From: an uncultured Methylomirabilota bacterium
GTDB taxonomy: Bacteria; Methylomirabilota; Methylomirabilia; Methylomirabilales; 2-02-FULL-66-22
Assembly: GCA_963845565.1 (NCBI GenBank)
Contig: CAWJSJ010000005.1
Location: forward strand, 800,001 to 864,000
Direction: 5' to 3'
DNA length: 64,000 nt
Shown here: positions 39,501 through 50,585 of the stretch, one piece after another
How the letters are laid out: every line of letters starts with the position of its first letter
Position numbering within the stretch: position 1 is the first letter of the stretch
Notes under the pieces: model-generated
Database searches by the model: none
Told to the model about the DNA's origin: nothing
The model's input: only the letters and a program-made list of their open reading frames with translations
Program-made: the position numbers and the translations under genes

Positions 39501-40584
39501 CTACTTGCCGTCCGGGTTGGGGAGCATGAAGTCCCGGATCATGTTCACGAGGTCGTGGTACGACGTGGTGAACGCTCGGAGCGTCCGGACGGTGGCGCCG
39601 TAGCCGTCGAACTCCTCGACGGTCATCCCGTCGGGCTCGTAGGCGCGCCGGAAATCCGCGAACTTCTCGTACAGGATGTCGAAGGCCTCCTTGGGCACGG
39701 GGTTCTGCATCCGGTCCGTGACCTCGACGTCGGAGCCGTTGAAGAGCACCTGCCACTCGTACGGGATGGTCATGCTGAGGTCCCCGCCGATCAGCTCCGA
39801 CCAGTGCATGTGGTGCCGATAGGCCGCGGCCAGGAGCCGGGTGCGGTAGCCGCGCTTCTGGTAAATCTCGTAGGCCTTCTTCATGGCGGCGACGCCCGCC
39901 CAGTGGAGGGCGCCCGGATCCACCACGATGTTGTCTCGCTTGGCCACAACCTGCATCCAGTCGTCCAGCCGACCGATCATGATGGTGCAGACCGGGGTCA
40001 TGTCCGCGACGGGCTTGCCCTCCTTCGCGCGCCGGTTCAGGCCGCGCTCCACGGCTTCGGCCACGGCGAGGGCCTGGGGGACGGTAAAGGAGACGGTGGC
40101 GTTGATGTTCACGCCGTGATACGTCGCCTCCTCGACCGCCGCGACGCCGGCCTTGGTGGCGGCGAGCTTCACCTGGATGTTCGGCGCCAGACCGTGGAAG
40201 TAGATGGCCTGCTTCACCATCCGGTCTGCGTCCCGGTACCACTGGGGATTGGTCTGGATGGACAGCCGCCCGCGCAGGCCCTTCCGCTGCTCGAAGACGG
40301 GCAGGAGGACCTTGGAGCCGCGGACGCCCGACCTCCTCGTACACCTGCTGGGCGATCTGCTCCTCATCCCATGTCGGATGCTCCGCGATGACCTGCTTGA
40401 TCCGATCCTTCCATTCGCCCAGTGCGCCCTTGAGGACGGTGTAGACGATGAAGGGATTCGAGGTCGCCCCGGTTGCGCCGTGCTCGATGGCGTAGGTCAG
40501 CTCCGGCACCGAGCAGGAGTCGTTCCAGAACTCGGTGGGCGTGGTGGATACGGTTTGGTGGAGCGGACTCTTATACTTCCCCAT
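39501..40584 (-). CDS. Transaldolase-family (class I aldolase) protein, 1 frameshift near 40330
   Basis: FWNDSCS, GATSNP, GRLSIQTNP, NIQVKLAAT (Schiff-base Lys), INATVSFT, IMIGRLDD, RLLAAAYR. Confidence 0.85.
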
Positions 40585-40609
40585 GGTTCCTCCTTGTTGA
40601 ACGGTGGCG

Positions 40610-41896
40610 TTATTTTCCCATGACTAGATTTGGCAACCAGGTGACCAGCGGTGGGAAGACCGTGATCAGGCCCAGCACCACCAGCAGGGGAATCAGAAAA
40701 GGAGCCGTGCAGCGCACGACTTTTTCAAAGGAGAGGCCGCCGACCTGCACCATGACGAACAGGATCACACCGAAGGGCGGTGTGAGTAGGCCGATCATCA
40801 GGTTCAGGACCATGATGACGCCGAAATGGACCGGGTCGACCCCGACCTGGGTGACGACCTGCATCAAAATGGGCCCCAAGATCAGGATGGCCACGATGGT
40901 CTCGAAGAAGCAGCCGACGATTAACAGAAACAAATTGATGATCAAGAGCAGCGTCAGTGGGTCCTTGCTGAAACTCAGCATGGCTTCCGCCATCGCCGCT
41001 GGGGTCCCGGTCCGCATGAGCAGCCAGCCGTAGAACGACGCGGCGGTGACGATGAACCCGATCGCCGCGGTGTCCTTGGCCGTGCCGATGAACGCCTCCA
41101 CCAAGTCCTTCCACTTCAGGTCTCGGTAGATGGCGGTGCCCAGGATGAGGGCATAGGCCACGGCTACGGCCGCCGCCTCGGTCGGGGTGAACCAGCCAGT
41201 CCAGATGCCGCCCAGCAGGATCACAGGGGTCATGAGAGGCAGGAAGGCGTCAATGGCGGCTCTTAGTATGATGCGCGGGGTCGGGAAGGGCGCCCGTGGG
41301 TAATTCTTCTTCTTGGCGTAGAGCCATACCATAACCATGAGGGCGAGGGCCATCGCCACGCCGGGCACGACGCCACCGAGGAAGAGCCGTCCGACGGACA
41401 CCCCAGCCACGAGACCGAAGATGACCATGGGGATGCTAGGCGGGAAGATGGGGCCGATCGTCGAGGAGGCCGCTGTGATGGCCACGGAGAACTCGCGGTC
41501 GTACTTGGCCTCCTCCATCGCCTTCAATTCGACCTGGCCCAACCCGGCCGCATCCGCCACCGCCGCTCCGGACATGCCGGCGAAGATCAGGCTGGCCACG
41601 CAATTGGCATGGCCGAGGCCGCCAGGAAGAAAGCCGACCATGGTGGTGGCGAAATTGAACAGGCGCGTGGTCACGCCCGAGGTGTTCATCAGGCGCGCCG
41701 CCAGGATGAAGAGGGGGATCGCGAGGAGCAGGAAGTTGTTGATACCGTACATCATCCGCTGGGCGATCATGGGCACGTTCATGCGGGCGCCCTGCTCGAA
41801 CAGGTAGGCAACCAGGCCGGAGAGGCCCAGCGAGATGGAGACGGGAGTGCCGAGAATGAGAAAGGCGATGAGGCCGACGGTGATGATGTAGGTCAT
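40610..41896 (-). CDS. dctM: TRAP transporter large permease, copy 1
   Basis: LLAIPLFILA, GGLGHAN, FAGMSGAAVADAAGLG, GPIFPPSIP, FTPTEAAA, GLLTPPFG. Confidence 0.95.
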   Translation of the reverse strand: MTYIITVGLIAFLILGTPVSISLGLSGLVAYLFEQGARMNVPMIAQRMMYGINNFLLLAIPLFILAARLMNTSGVTTRLFNFATTMVGFLPGGLGHANCVASLIFAGMSGAAVADAAGLGQVELKAMEEAKYDREFSVAITAASSTIGPIFPPSIPMVIFGLVAGVSVGRLFLGGVVPGVAMALALMVMVWLYAKKKNYPRAPFPTPRIILRAAIDAFLPLMTPVILLGGIWTGWFTPTEAAAVAVAYALILGTAIYRDLKWKDLVEAFIGTAKDTAAIGFIVTAASFYGWLLMRTGTPAAMAEAMLSFSKDPLTLLLIINLFLLIVGCFFETIVAILILGPILMQVVTQVGVDPVHFGVIMVLNLMIGLLTPPFGVILFVMVQVGGLSFEKVVRCTAPFLIPLLVVLGLITVFPPLVTWLPNLVMGK

Positions 41897-42378
41897 CGCG
41901 CGCCTCCCGGTGTGATCGGCATCGCACCGGAAGCGACGCGGACGCTGCGAACCAGGTTGACGGCCAGGTACCAGAGCATCAGGAGGCCGGCCAGGAAGAT
42001 GACGAGGTAGATATAACCGATACGAAGCCACTCCAGCGTCGGGGCACGTGTGGTCCAGTTCATCTGGGTGTTTGTCCAGGCCCCCTGCGTCATGACCGCG
42101 ATGAAGGGGAGGGCGAGCAGGGCGATCACCGCCTTCAGCAGGGCGGCTGGACGCCCGGTCAGTCGGTCGGTGAGGATGCCGACCCGGATGTGCTCGTCGT
42201 CCCGGATCAGCGGAGCGGCGCCAATAAAGACGAGACAGACATAGAGAAACCGTGCCAATTCCTCGGACCAGACGGACGACATGCCGATGACCACCCGAGC
42301 CACCACCTGAAAGAGCGTCACCACAAACATGACCGCCAGGAGAACCGCGCAGAGCCGTTCGATCTGTGTCTTCATCAC
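41893..42378 (-). CDS. dctQ: TRAP transporter small permease, copy 1
   Basis: QVVAR, WSEELARFL, HIRV; four transmembrane segments. Confidence 0.92.
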   Translation of the reverse strand: MMKTQIERLCAVLLAVMFVVTLFQVVARVVIGMSSVWSEELARFLYVCLVFIGAAPLIRDDEHIRVGILTDRLTGRPAALLKAVIALLALPFIAVMTQGAWTNTQMNWTTRAPTLEWLRIGYIYLVIFLAGLLMLWYLAVNLVRSVRVASGAMPITPGGAR

Positions 42379-42399
42379 ACCCCCGCCCCGGAATACAGT

Positions 42400-42437
42400 G
42401 GACGCCCGGCGGGTAGATCCTCTCCCGCCGGGCGTCC
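42400..42437 (-). terminator. Stem-loop between dctP and dctQ (mRNA stability or partial terminator)
   Basis: 14-bp perfect stem GGACGCCCGGCGGG / CCCGCCGGGCGTCC. Confidence 0.6.
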
Positions 42438-42465
42438 TCGGTTGCCCGGCAATCCCACGCGACCC

Positions 42466-43449
42466 CTACTTGATGGCCAGCACCTTCTCCAGCATTCCGG
42501 GCGCCCAGAAGGTCTTATTCAACTCCTGGAGGGCCGGCTGAACGGCCGCCTGGAAGGCGGCTACGTCCGGCTTGACCAAGGTCATTCCCTTGGCCTGGAG
42601 GTCACCGAGGAGCTTGTTGTCGAACTCCACGGCCTGCTTGTTGGCGTACTCCGTCGCGTCCTTCCAGGCAGTCAGGATGAGCTTTTGCTGGTCGGCGTTC
42701 AGTTGGTCGAACCACTTCTTGGAGATCTGATACTTGCAGGCGGAAAAGACGTGCTGGGTCGCGATCAGGTACTTCTGGGCCTCGTAGAACTTGTAGGCCC
42801 AGATGGACTCCATTGGGTTCTCCTGCGCCTCGGCAACGCCGGTCTTCAGGGCCATGTACACCTCAGGGAACGCCACGACCACGGGCAGTGCGCCCAGCGT
42901 TTCCCAGATCTTGATCCAAACCTTGTTCTCGGGCAGACGGATCTTCAGACCTTTGAGTTCGGCGAGGGTCTTGATCGGCTTGTTCGCCGTCAGGTACCTG
43001 GCGCCGCGGTAAACCACACCCGCCGTCATGACGCCCCGCTCCTTGAGGGAGAGATCGTTGATCTCCTTGCCGACAGGGCCATTCCAAAATTTCCAGAAAT
43101 GATCCGAGTCGCGCATCACGTAGGGAACTTCGAAGACCTGGTATTTCGGAAAGAAGATCGACGTGTCTCCGGAGCCCATGGCGCCCATCTCCAGGCCGCC
43201 GGAGCTCATGCCCTCGAAGACATCGCGTTCGCCGCCCATGGCGCCACCCACGTGGATCTGGACCTGGAACTGACCATTGCTGCGTTGCTCGACCAACTCC
43301 TTGAACTTCACCTGACCGAAGTGGACCGGGGCGTCGGGCCCGTAGGTGGACCCGATGTTGATCTTCATCCCCGCCGCCGCGGGCAGCGCGATCAGCGCAA
43401 TCCCGAGCACGGCCACGCAGAACGCCACCACTCCCATCCGTCGCTTCAT
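42466..43449 (-). CDS. dctP: TRAP substrate-binding protein, copy 1
   Basis: Signal peptide, GGERDVFE, LKGLKIRLP, EVYMALKTGV.EAQENP, FYEAQKY. Confidence 0.95.
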   Translation of the reverse strand: MKRRMGVVAFCVAVLGIALIALPAAAGMKINIGSTYGPDAPVHFGQVKFKELVEQRSNGQFQVQIHVGGAMGGERDVFEGMSSGGLEMGAMGSGDTSIFFPKYQVFEVPYVMRDSDHFWKFWNGPVGKEINDLSLKERGVMTAGVVYRGARYLTANKPIKTLAELKGLKIRLPENKVWIKIWETLGALPVVVAFPEVYMALKTGVAEAQENPMESIWAYKFYEAQKYLIATQHVFSACKYQISKKWFDQLNADQQKLILTAWKDATEYANKQAVEFDNKLLGDLQAKGMTLVKPDVAAFQAAVQPALQELNKTFWAPGMLEKVLAIK

Positions 43450-43543
43450 GGTCACACCTCCTTGGTTGAGCGGGTAGCCTGCCGCGCAGGTCGGGGCGGC
43501 CAGGCCATGGGCATTGCGGTGAGACAAGATCGAGCGTGCGGGA

Positions 43544-43572
43544 AAGCTATCCAAGCGCTCGTCACTTGTCAA
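43544..43572 (-). promoter_or_regulatory. sigma70-type promoter of dctP copy 1
   Basis: Minus strand TTGACA-17 bp-TAGCTT; paralogous to 46767-46795. Confidence 0.7.
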
Positions 43573-43826
43573 GGAGGTTCACAGCGGTATTCGGTCTTGG
43601 TCGGCGGGAAGTACAAGGATTTCTGCCGGTTGCCCTCCTGGGGGGCATCCAGCAACGACGCACAGGTCGGGAGGGGCCACGCAGGCCGTGTCGCCGCGGG
43701 AACACCGGCAGAATCGCCGCACCACCGTGGCGTCAGACTCCGACCTCCTCGCGCATCTGCTGGATGATCTGCTGTCCGTTCCAGGTGGGGTGTGCCGGGA
43801 CGAACTGACGTCCGGTGACGTCTGAT

Positions 43827-45117
43827 TTACTTGCCCATGACAAGAGTCGGCAGCCAGGTGACCAGCGGGCGGGAAGAAGGTGATCAGCACCAGGACCGCA
43901 AGAAGCGGGACAAGGAATGGCACGGTGGCCCGGACGACCCGCTCGAAGGGCAAGCGCGAGACCCCGGCCATGACAAAGAGGACGACGCCGAAGGGCGGGG
44001 TCAGGAGGCCGATCATCAGATTGAGCACCATGACCAGGCCGAAATGGAGCGGGTCGATGCCCACCTTGGCGATGACCGGCATGAGCATGGGAGTGAGGAT
44101 CAGGATGGCCACCACGGTTTCCATGAAGCAGCCGATGACCAGCAGGAAGATGTTGAGGAGGATGAGCAGGACGATGGGATCGCTGGTCATCTGGGTGATG
44201 CCGGCGGTGACCTTGATGGTCAGACCGGTGCGCAGGAGCAGCCAGCCGAAGAAGTTGGCCGCGCAGATGATGATGCCGATGGCGGCGGTCTCTCTCGCCG
44301 TATCGATGAAGATTTGGCCCAGGTCCTTCAGGCGGATTTCCTTGTAGATGATCACTCCCAGCACAAAGGCGTACGCCACGGCGACGGCGGCCGCCTCGGT
44401 GGGGGTGAACTGCCCGGACCAGATGCCGCCCAGCAGGATGATCGGGGTGAGAATGGGCAGAAAAGCGTGGGTGAACCCTTTGACCAATTCCCGAAAACCC
44501 GGGAAGGGGGTGCGGGGGTATCTGTTGCGCCGGGCGTAGAGGGCCACCATGATCATCAGGGCGACGGTCATGATCAGGCCGGGGACCACCCCGCCCAGGA
44601 AGAGCCGGCCCACGGAGACCTCGGCCACCAGCCCGAAGATGACCATGGGGATGCTGGGCGGGAAGATGGGACCGATGGTCGAGGAGGCGGCGGTGATGGC
44701 GACGCTGAAGTCGTCGTCGTAGCCTTCGTCCTTCATGGCCTTCAATTCCACCTGGCCGAGGCCGGCCGCGTCGGCCACGGCCGCGCCGGACATGCCGGCG
44801 AAGATCAGGCTGGCCACGACGTTGGCGTGTCCCAGGCCGCCGGGCAGGAAGCCGACCAGCAGGCGGGCGAAGTTGAAGAGCCGGTTGGTGATGCCGGCGG
44901 TGTTCATCAGCTTGGCGGCCAGGATGAACAGGGGGATGGCCAGGAGCAGGAAGTTATTGACTCCGTATTGCATCCGCTGGGACAGCATGGGGATGTTCAC
45001 CCGGCTGCCCATCTCGTTGAAATAGGCCAGCAGGCCGGCCACGCCCAGCGAGTAGCCCACAGGTATGCCCAGCACGAAGAGGATGATCATCCCGGCGGTG
45101 ACGATGAAAGTAGTCAT
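43827..45117 (-). CDS. dctM: TRAP transporter large permease, copy 2 (frameshift near the 3' end)
   Basis: Paralog of copy 1; natural end MGK* at 43827 after a frameshift near 43865. Confidence 0.93.
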
Positions 45118-45132
45118 AAGGTCAACCTCCGA

Positions 45133-45604
45133 TCAATTGGCCCGGCTGACGCGGAAGCGGCCGGGGAAAAGGGTGCGGACCATGTTGAGCAGAAGGTAAT
45201 AGAGGGTCAGTATTCCGCTGATCACCAGGCCCAGATAGAGGTAGGACAGCCGGAACCAGGGCATACTCGGGGCGTAGAACTCCCAGCTGTTGAGGACGTT
45301 GATCCAGGAACTCCAGACGAAGAACACCCCGAAGGCGACCAGGACCAGCTGGACGAACAGCCGTGTGCCATCGGGCCAGCCAGGCGGGAAGGCGGTCGGA
45401 CAGGATGCTGATGCGAATGTGGTCTTCGCTTTCCATCAGCGTCGCCGAACCAAGGAAGACGATGGAAACGAAGAGGATCTTGGCCAGCTCCTCGGTCCAC
45501 ATGGCGGTGGTGAAGAAGACGTTTCTGGCCAGGACCTGGTAGAACGTGGCCAGAAACATCACGATGAGCAGCGCCCCGTTGAGGCGGTCAACCCACTTTT
45601 TCAT
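45133..45604 (-). CDS. dctQ: TRAP transporter small permease, copy 2 (1 frameshift)
   Basis: QVLAR, WTEELAK, HIRI; C-terminus in ORF 45133-45327. Confidence 0.88.
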
Positions 45605-45617
45605 GCGCGTTTTCTCC

Positions 45618-45662
45618 GAAGACAGCCCCGTCCGGTTAATAAACCGGGGCGGGGCTGTCTTC
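45618..45662 (-). terminator. Stem-loop between dctP copy 2 and dctQ copy 2
   Basis: GAAGACAGCCCCGTCCGGTT / AACCGGGGCGGGGCTGTCTTC long hairpin. Confidence 0.6.
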
Positions 45663-45685
45663 ATCGTGTTATGCGGAGCAGAGGA

Positions 45686-46674
45686 TTACTTGATGTCGCG
45701 GACTTTCTCGAGCAGGCCGGGCTCGAACACTTCCTTGTCCAGCTTGTCCATGGCCGGCTCCACCGCCTTCGCAAAAGCCGCCTTGTCCACCTCGACCATG
45801 GTCATGCCGCCTTCCTTCTGGAGTTTGGCGGTATAATCCTTGTCGGCGGCCACGGCCATCTCGTTGGCGTACTTGGCGGCGTCTTCCCAGGCCTTGATGA
45901 TGAGATCCTGCTGGTCCTTCTTCAGCGTGTTGAACCACTTCATGGAGATCTGGTACTTGCAGGCCGAATAGATGTGCTCGGTCCGCATCATGTACTTCTG
46001 GGCCTCGTAGAACTTGAGGGACCAGATCGACTCCGGCGGGTTCTCCTGGGAGTCCACGACGCCGGTCTTCAGGGCCATGTAGACTTCCTGGAAGGGGACC
46101 GGGGTGGGCAGGGCGCCCAGCGATTTCCAGACTTCCATCCAGGGCATGATCTCCGGCAGGCGGAGCTTGAGGCCCTTGACGTCGGCCGGGGTCTTGACGG
46201 GCCGGTTGGCGGTCAGGAGGCGGGGGCCGCGATAGACGATGCCCACGGTCTTGACGCCCTTCTGCTTCAGCGGCACGTCGTTGATGTACTGGCCCGAGCG
46301 GGCCGTTCCAGAACTTCCAGAAGTGGTCATATGTCCTTCATGACATAGGGCACCTCGAAGACCAGGTACTTGGGGAAGAAGATCGAGATGTCGCCCGAGC
46401 CCATGGCGCCCATCTCCAGGCCGCCGGTGCTCATCGCTTCGAAGACGTCCCGCTCTCCGCCCATGGCGCCGAGGGGATGGACGAAGACCTCGATCTCGCC
46501 CTTGGAGCGCTGTTCGACCAGCTCCTTGAACTTCTCCTGGCCCTTGTAGACCGGCGCGCCAGGGCCGAAGGTTGAGCCGACATTGATTTTCATCCCGGCC
46601 GTTGCCGGCACGACCGTCAAGGCCACGCCGAGCAAGGCGATACCGCACACCGCCATCCACAACCGTGACTTCAT
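45686..46674 (-). CDS. dctP: TRAP substrate-binding protein, copy 2 (frameshifts near 46290-46335)
   Basis: N-terminus AGMKINVGSTFGPGAP...GGERDVFE and C-terminus KGLKLRLPE...SQENP; paralog of copy 1. Confidence 0.92.
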
Positions 46675-46766
46675 AACCGCACCTCCTTGGGTGAAAGTGA
46701 GTCGCCTGCCGCTGGAAAGGGATGAGCAGGCCGCCAACGCACGCCAGGCAGGATCAAGGTGGGGCA

Positions 46767-46795
46767 AAGCTACCGAAGGCGCTCGCCATTGTCAA
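46767..46795 (-). promoter_or_regulatory. sigma70-type promoter of dctP copy 2
   Basis: Minus strand TTGACA-17 bp-TAGCTT. Confidence 0.7.
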
Positions 46796-47021
46796 GCGGG
46801 CGATGCATACGGCGGATACCTTGCGTGGCCAAGGGCACAAGTGAATGGTCTGGGACGAACGGTTGTGCCACCGGGCAAGGATAGTGCTGAGAGGTAGTCG
46901 TTGACACCGGGCCTGGTCGGTGCCCGCTTGATGGACTATACTTCCGCGGGGCAAGGGGGAGTGCCAGGTGAATGCGACTGTGTTGGGGGAGCATGGCGTT
47001 TCAGAATTGGCGGGAGGAGTG

Positions 47022-48164
47022 ATGCGTTATCGTCCATTTGGCACGACCGACTTCCAGGTGTCCGCCCTCGGTTTCGGGGCGATGCGATTGCCGCAGCGGA
47101 GCGCCGATCCCGCGGACATTGACGAAGTCGAGGCCATCCGCATGATTCGCACCGCCATCGACGCGGGCGTGAACTACGTGGACACCGCGTACCCCTACCA
47201 TGGCGGGCGGAGCGAGGTCGCCGTCGGGAAGGCGCTCCGGGACGGCTATCGACCCCGGGTCAGGCTGGCGACCAAGTTGCCGTCATGGCTCGTCAAGACT
47301 GCCGAGGACTTCGACCGACTCCTCCGCGAGCAGCTTGAGCGGCTGGGGACGGACCGTGTTGACATCTATCTCCTGCACTCGCTCAATGCGAGCCACTGGC
47401 CACGTCTGAGGGATCTCGGCATCCTGGAACGGGCCGACCAGGCGCTTCGCGACGGACGGATCGGCGCCCTGGGCTTCTCGTTTCACGATGGACTGCCGCT
47501 CTTCACCGCGATCGTGGACGCCTACCCGTGGTCCGTCTGCCAGATCCAGTACAATTTCATGGATGTCGCCTATCAGGCCGGCCGGGAGGGATTGGGATAC
47601 GCGGCCGCTCGTGGCATCCCCGTAGTGGTGATGGAGCCGCTTCGTGGCGGCCAGCTTGCCCAGCCCCTGCCGCCAGCGGTGGCGGAGGTCTGGAGCCGGT
47701 CCGGGTCCCCCACGACCCACGTGGACCGAGCCCTGCAGTGGCTCTGGGATCAGCCCGAGGTGGCCACGGTGCTCAGCGGAATGAGCACGCTCGAGCAGGT
47801 GCGGCAGAACCTCGCGAGCGCCGCGCGCAGCCGGTCGAACAGCTTGTCCGATACGGAACGCGCCCTCTATTTGGAAGCCAAGGCGGCTTACGAGGGCCTC
47901 AAGCCTATCCCGTGCACCCAGTGCAAGTACTGTGTGCCGTGCCCGCACGGCGTGGATGTGCCTCGGAATTTCCAGCTGTACAACGAGGCCATCGTCTACG
48001 GGCACCTCGCCGGGACCCGGCGCGCGTACCGCCTCTTCTTCCCCGAGGCGCAGCACGCCGACCGATGCCTCGCCTGCGGCGAGTGCGAGTCGAAATGCCC
48101 GCAGCACATCCCCATCCGCGAATGGCTCGCCAAGGTGGATCCCCTGCTGGGCGAAACGGCTTGA
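47022..48164 (+). CDS. Aldo/keto reductase with C-terminal 4Fe-4S dicluster domain
   Basis: LGFGAMRLP, GVNYVDTAYPYH, LATKLP, YLLH, VMEPLRGG, CTQCKYCVPCP and CLACGECESKCP. Confidence 0.92.
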   Translation: MRYRPFGTTDFQVSALGFGAMRLPQRSADPADIDEVEAIRMIRTAIDAGVNYVDTAYPYHGGRSEVAVGKALRDGYRPRVRLATKLPSWLVKTAEDFDRLLREQLERLGTDRVDIYLLHSLNASHWPRLRDLGILERADQALRDGRIGALGFSFHDGLPLFTAIVDAYPWSVCQIQYNFMDVAYQAGREGLGYAAARGIPVVVMEPLRGGQLAQPLPPAVAEVWSRSGSPTTHVDRALQWLWDQPEVATVLSGMSTLEQVRQNLASAARSRSNSLSDTERALYLEAKAAYEGLKPIPCTQCKYCVPCPHGVDVPRNFQLYNEAIVYGHLAGTRRAYRLFFPEAQHADRCLACGECESKCPQHIPIREWLAKVDPLLGETA

Positions 48165-48368
48165 CGTCGACCTCCCGAGAAGCCCCCCACAATTCGGATC
48201 TCGATTGAGGAGGAGATCTGCGTTCGGTTCGGCAGCTGTGAACGCGCGGCATCACGACCTCGCCCCCGCTTTTCGTTTTGACAGGCGGGGTGTCCTATGG
48301 TACCCATTCGCCACGTACCATGACGATTGAAGGACTCGGGGGTCCTCGTCCAGGGAAGCCCAACGCGG

Positions 48369-49627
48369 ATGCACCACTTTCAACATCGAGGCGACGATCT
48401 TTACTGCGAGGATGTCCCGGTTGCGCGCATCGCGGCCGAGGTCGGCACGCCGGTTTACATCTATAGTCATGCCACGCTGACCAGGCATTTCCGGGCGCTG
48501 GACGAGGCCTTCGCTCCGGTCCCGCATCTTGTGTGCTTCGCCCTGAAGGCCAACGCCAATCTGGCGGTGCTGAAGCTCTTTTCGGACCTCGGGGGCGGCC
48601 TGGATGTGGTGTCCGGGGGCGAACTGTTCCGCGGGCTCGCCGCCGGCGTCCCCCCGCAGCGGATCGTGTACGCGGGCGTGGGGAAGACCCGCGAGGAGAT
48701 CGCGTACGCCCTCAAATCTGACATCCTCATGTTCAACGTGGAGTCGGGTCAGGAATTGCGCTGCATCAGCGAGCTCGCCGCGGAACTGGGGCGAACGGCG
48801 CGTGTGGCCCTGCGAGTCAATCCGGACGTGGACCCCAAGACGCATCCGTACATCGCGACCGGACTGAGGCAGAGCAAGTTCGGCATCGACATCGGGCAAG
48901 CGCTGGCGGAGTACCAGTCGGTCAAGCACCTGCCGGCGCTGGAGTGGTGGGTGTCCACCAGCACATCGGTTCCCAGATCACAGAGATCCAGCCCTTCGTC
49001 GATTCGCTCACCCGGACGGCGGACTTGGTCCGGCAGTTACGAGAGCAGGGCGCCGACATCCGCTACATCGACGTCGGTGGGGGGCTGGGGATCACGTACA
49101 ACGAGGAGACCCCGCCCCTGCCCGCGGAGTTCGCGCAGGCGCTGATCGGCGTGGTGCGCGGTCTCGGCGTCACGGTAATTCTGGAGCCAGGACGGGTCCT
49201 GGTCGGCAACGCCGGAATCCTGGTGACCCGTGTCCTCTATACGAAGCAGTCGCCGGTGAAGAACTTCGTGGTGGTGGATGCGGGAATGAACGACCTCGTG
49301 CGGCCGAGTCTCTACGGCGCGTATCACGCTATCTGGCGGGTCCACCGGGTGCCGGGACGGGACGAGGTGACCGTCGACGTGGTGGGACCCATCTGCGAGT
49401 CGGGAGACTTCCTGGCCAAGGACCGGGTGCTGGCTCGCTTCGAGCCGGGGGAGCTGATGGCGGTGATGTCGGCGGGCGCCTACGGACACACCATGTCCTC
49501 GAACTACAACGCGCGCCCCCGGCTGCCCGAGGTGATGGTGCACGGCGACCGGTACACGGTGATTCGCCAGCGCGAGACGTATGCGGACTTGATCCGCGGG
49601 GAGCGTACGCTCGAGGGTGTCGGCTGA
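48369..49627 (+). CDS. lysA: Diaminopimelate decarboxylase (1 frameshift near 48945)
   Basis: GTPVYIYS, FALKAN, DVVSGGE, RVNPDVD..THPYI.TG...SKFG, HIGSQI, EPGR, GPICESGD, GAYG..MSSNYN. Confidence 0.95.
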
Positions 49628-49700
49628 ATTTCCGGGCTGGAAGGGGACGCGATCCGTCTGGGGTCCGGCTCGAGCAGCCCATTGCGTGGGAGGTGCGGTG

Positions 49701-50585
49701 ATGGCAAAGCGGATGTTCCAAGGATCGATCGTGGCGTTGGTGACTCCCTTCCGGGACGGCAAGGTGGACGAGGCCGCCCTGAAGGCCTTGGTGGAATTCC
49801 AGATCGCCGGTGGGACGGATGGGATCGTCCCGTGCGGGACGACGGGGGAGTCCCCGACCCTGGATCACGACGAGCACAAGCGGGTGATCGACATCGTGAT
49901 CCAGGCAGTCAACAAGCGCGTTCCCGTGATCGCCGGGACCGGCTCCAACAGCACGGCCGAGGCCGTGAGCCTCACGAAGCACGCCAAGCACGCCGGGGCC
50001 GACGGGGCCCTCATCGTGCTCCCCTACTATAATAAGCCGACCCAGCGGGGGATGATCGAGCACTGCCGGGCCATCGCGGACGCCGCCGGCCTGCCGTTGG
50101 TGCTTTACAACATCCCCGGCCGCACGGGCGTGAACATGCTGCCGGAGACGGTGGCGCAGCTCGCCGACCATCCCAACATCGTGGGGATGAAAGAGGCGAC
50201 GGGGAATCTCGAGCAGATGACGCAGGACATCGTCCTCTGCGGCGACAAGCTCAGCTTTCTGTCCGGCGACGATACGCTGACGCTCCCCCTGATGTCCGTG
50301 GGGGGACGCGGCATCATCTCCGTGGTGGCCAACATCGTGCCGAAGGACGTCTCCGACATGACGCGCGCCTTCCTGAGCGGGGACTGGAAGCGGGCGCGGG
50401 AGCTGCATCTCAAGCTGTTCACGCTGTCGCAGGCCATGTTCATCGAGACGAATCCCATCCCGGTCAAGACGGCCCTGGCGATGATGGGGAAGATCCGGGA
50501 GGAGTTCCGGCTGCCGCTCTGCGCCATGACCGACGCGAACCGGAAGAAGCTGGAGGCGGCGCTGAAGAGCTACGGTCTGATTTAA
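49701..50585 (+). CDS. dapA: 4-hydroxy-tetrahydrodipicolinate synthase
   Basis: ALVTPF, CGTTGESPTL, GTGSNST, PYYNKP, LYNIPGRT, GMKEATG, ETNPIPVK. Confidence 0.97.
   Translation: MAKRMFQGSIVALVTPFRDGKVDEAALKALVEFQIAGGTDGIVPCGTTGESPTLDHDEHKRVIDIVIQAVNKRVPVIAGTGSNSTAEAVSLTKHAKHAGADGALIVLPYYNKPTQRGMIEHCRAIADAAGLPLVLYNIPGRTGVNMLPETVAQLADHPNIVGMKEATGNLEQMTQDIVLCGDKLSFLSGDDTLTLPLMSVGGRGIISVVANIVPKDVSDMTRAFLSGDWKRARELHLKLFTLSQAMFIETNPIPVKTALAMMGKIREEFRLPLCAMTDANRKKLEAALKSYGLI

Noticed and set aside
48165..48368. Lysine riboswitch upstream of lysA
   Set aside because: No recognisable L-box conserved elements
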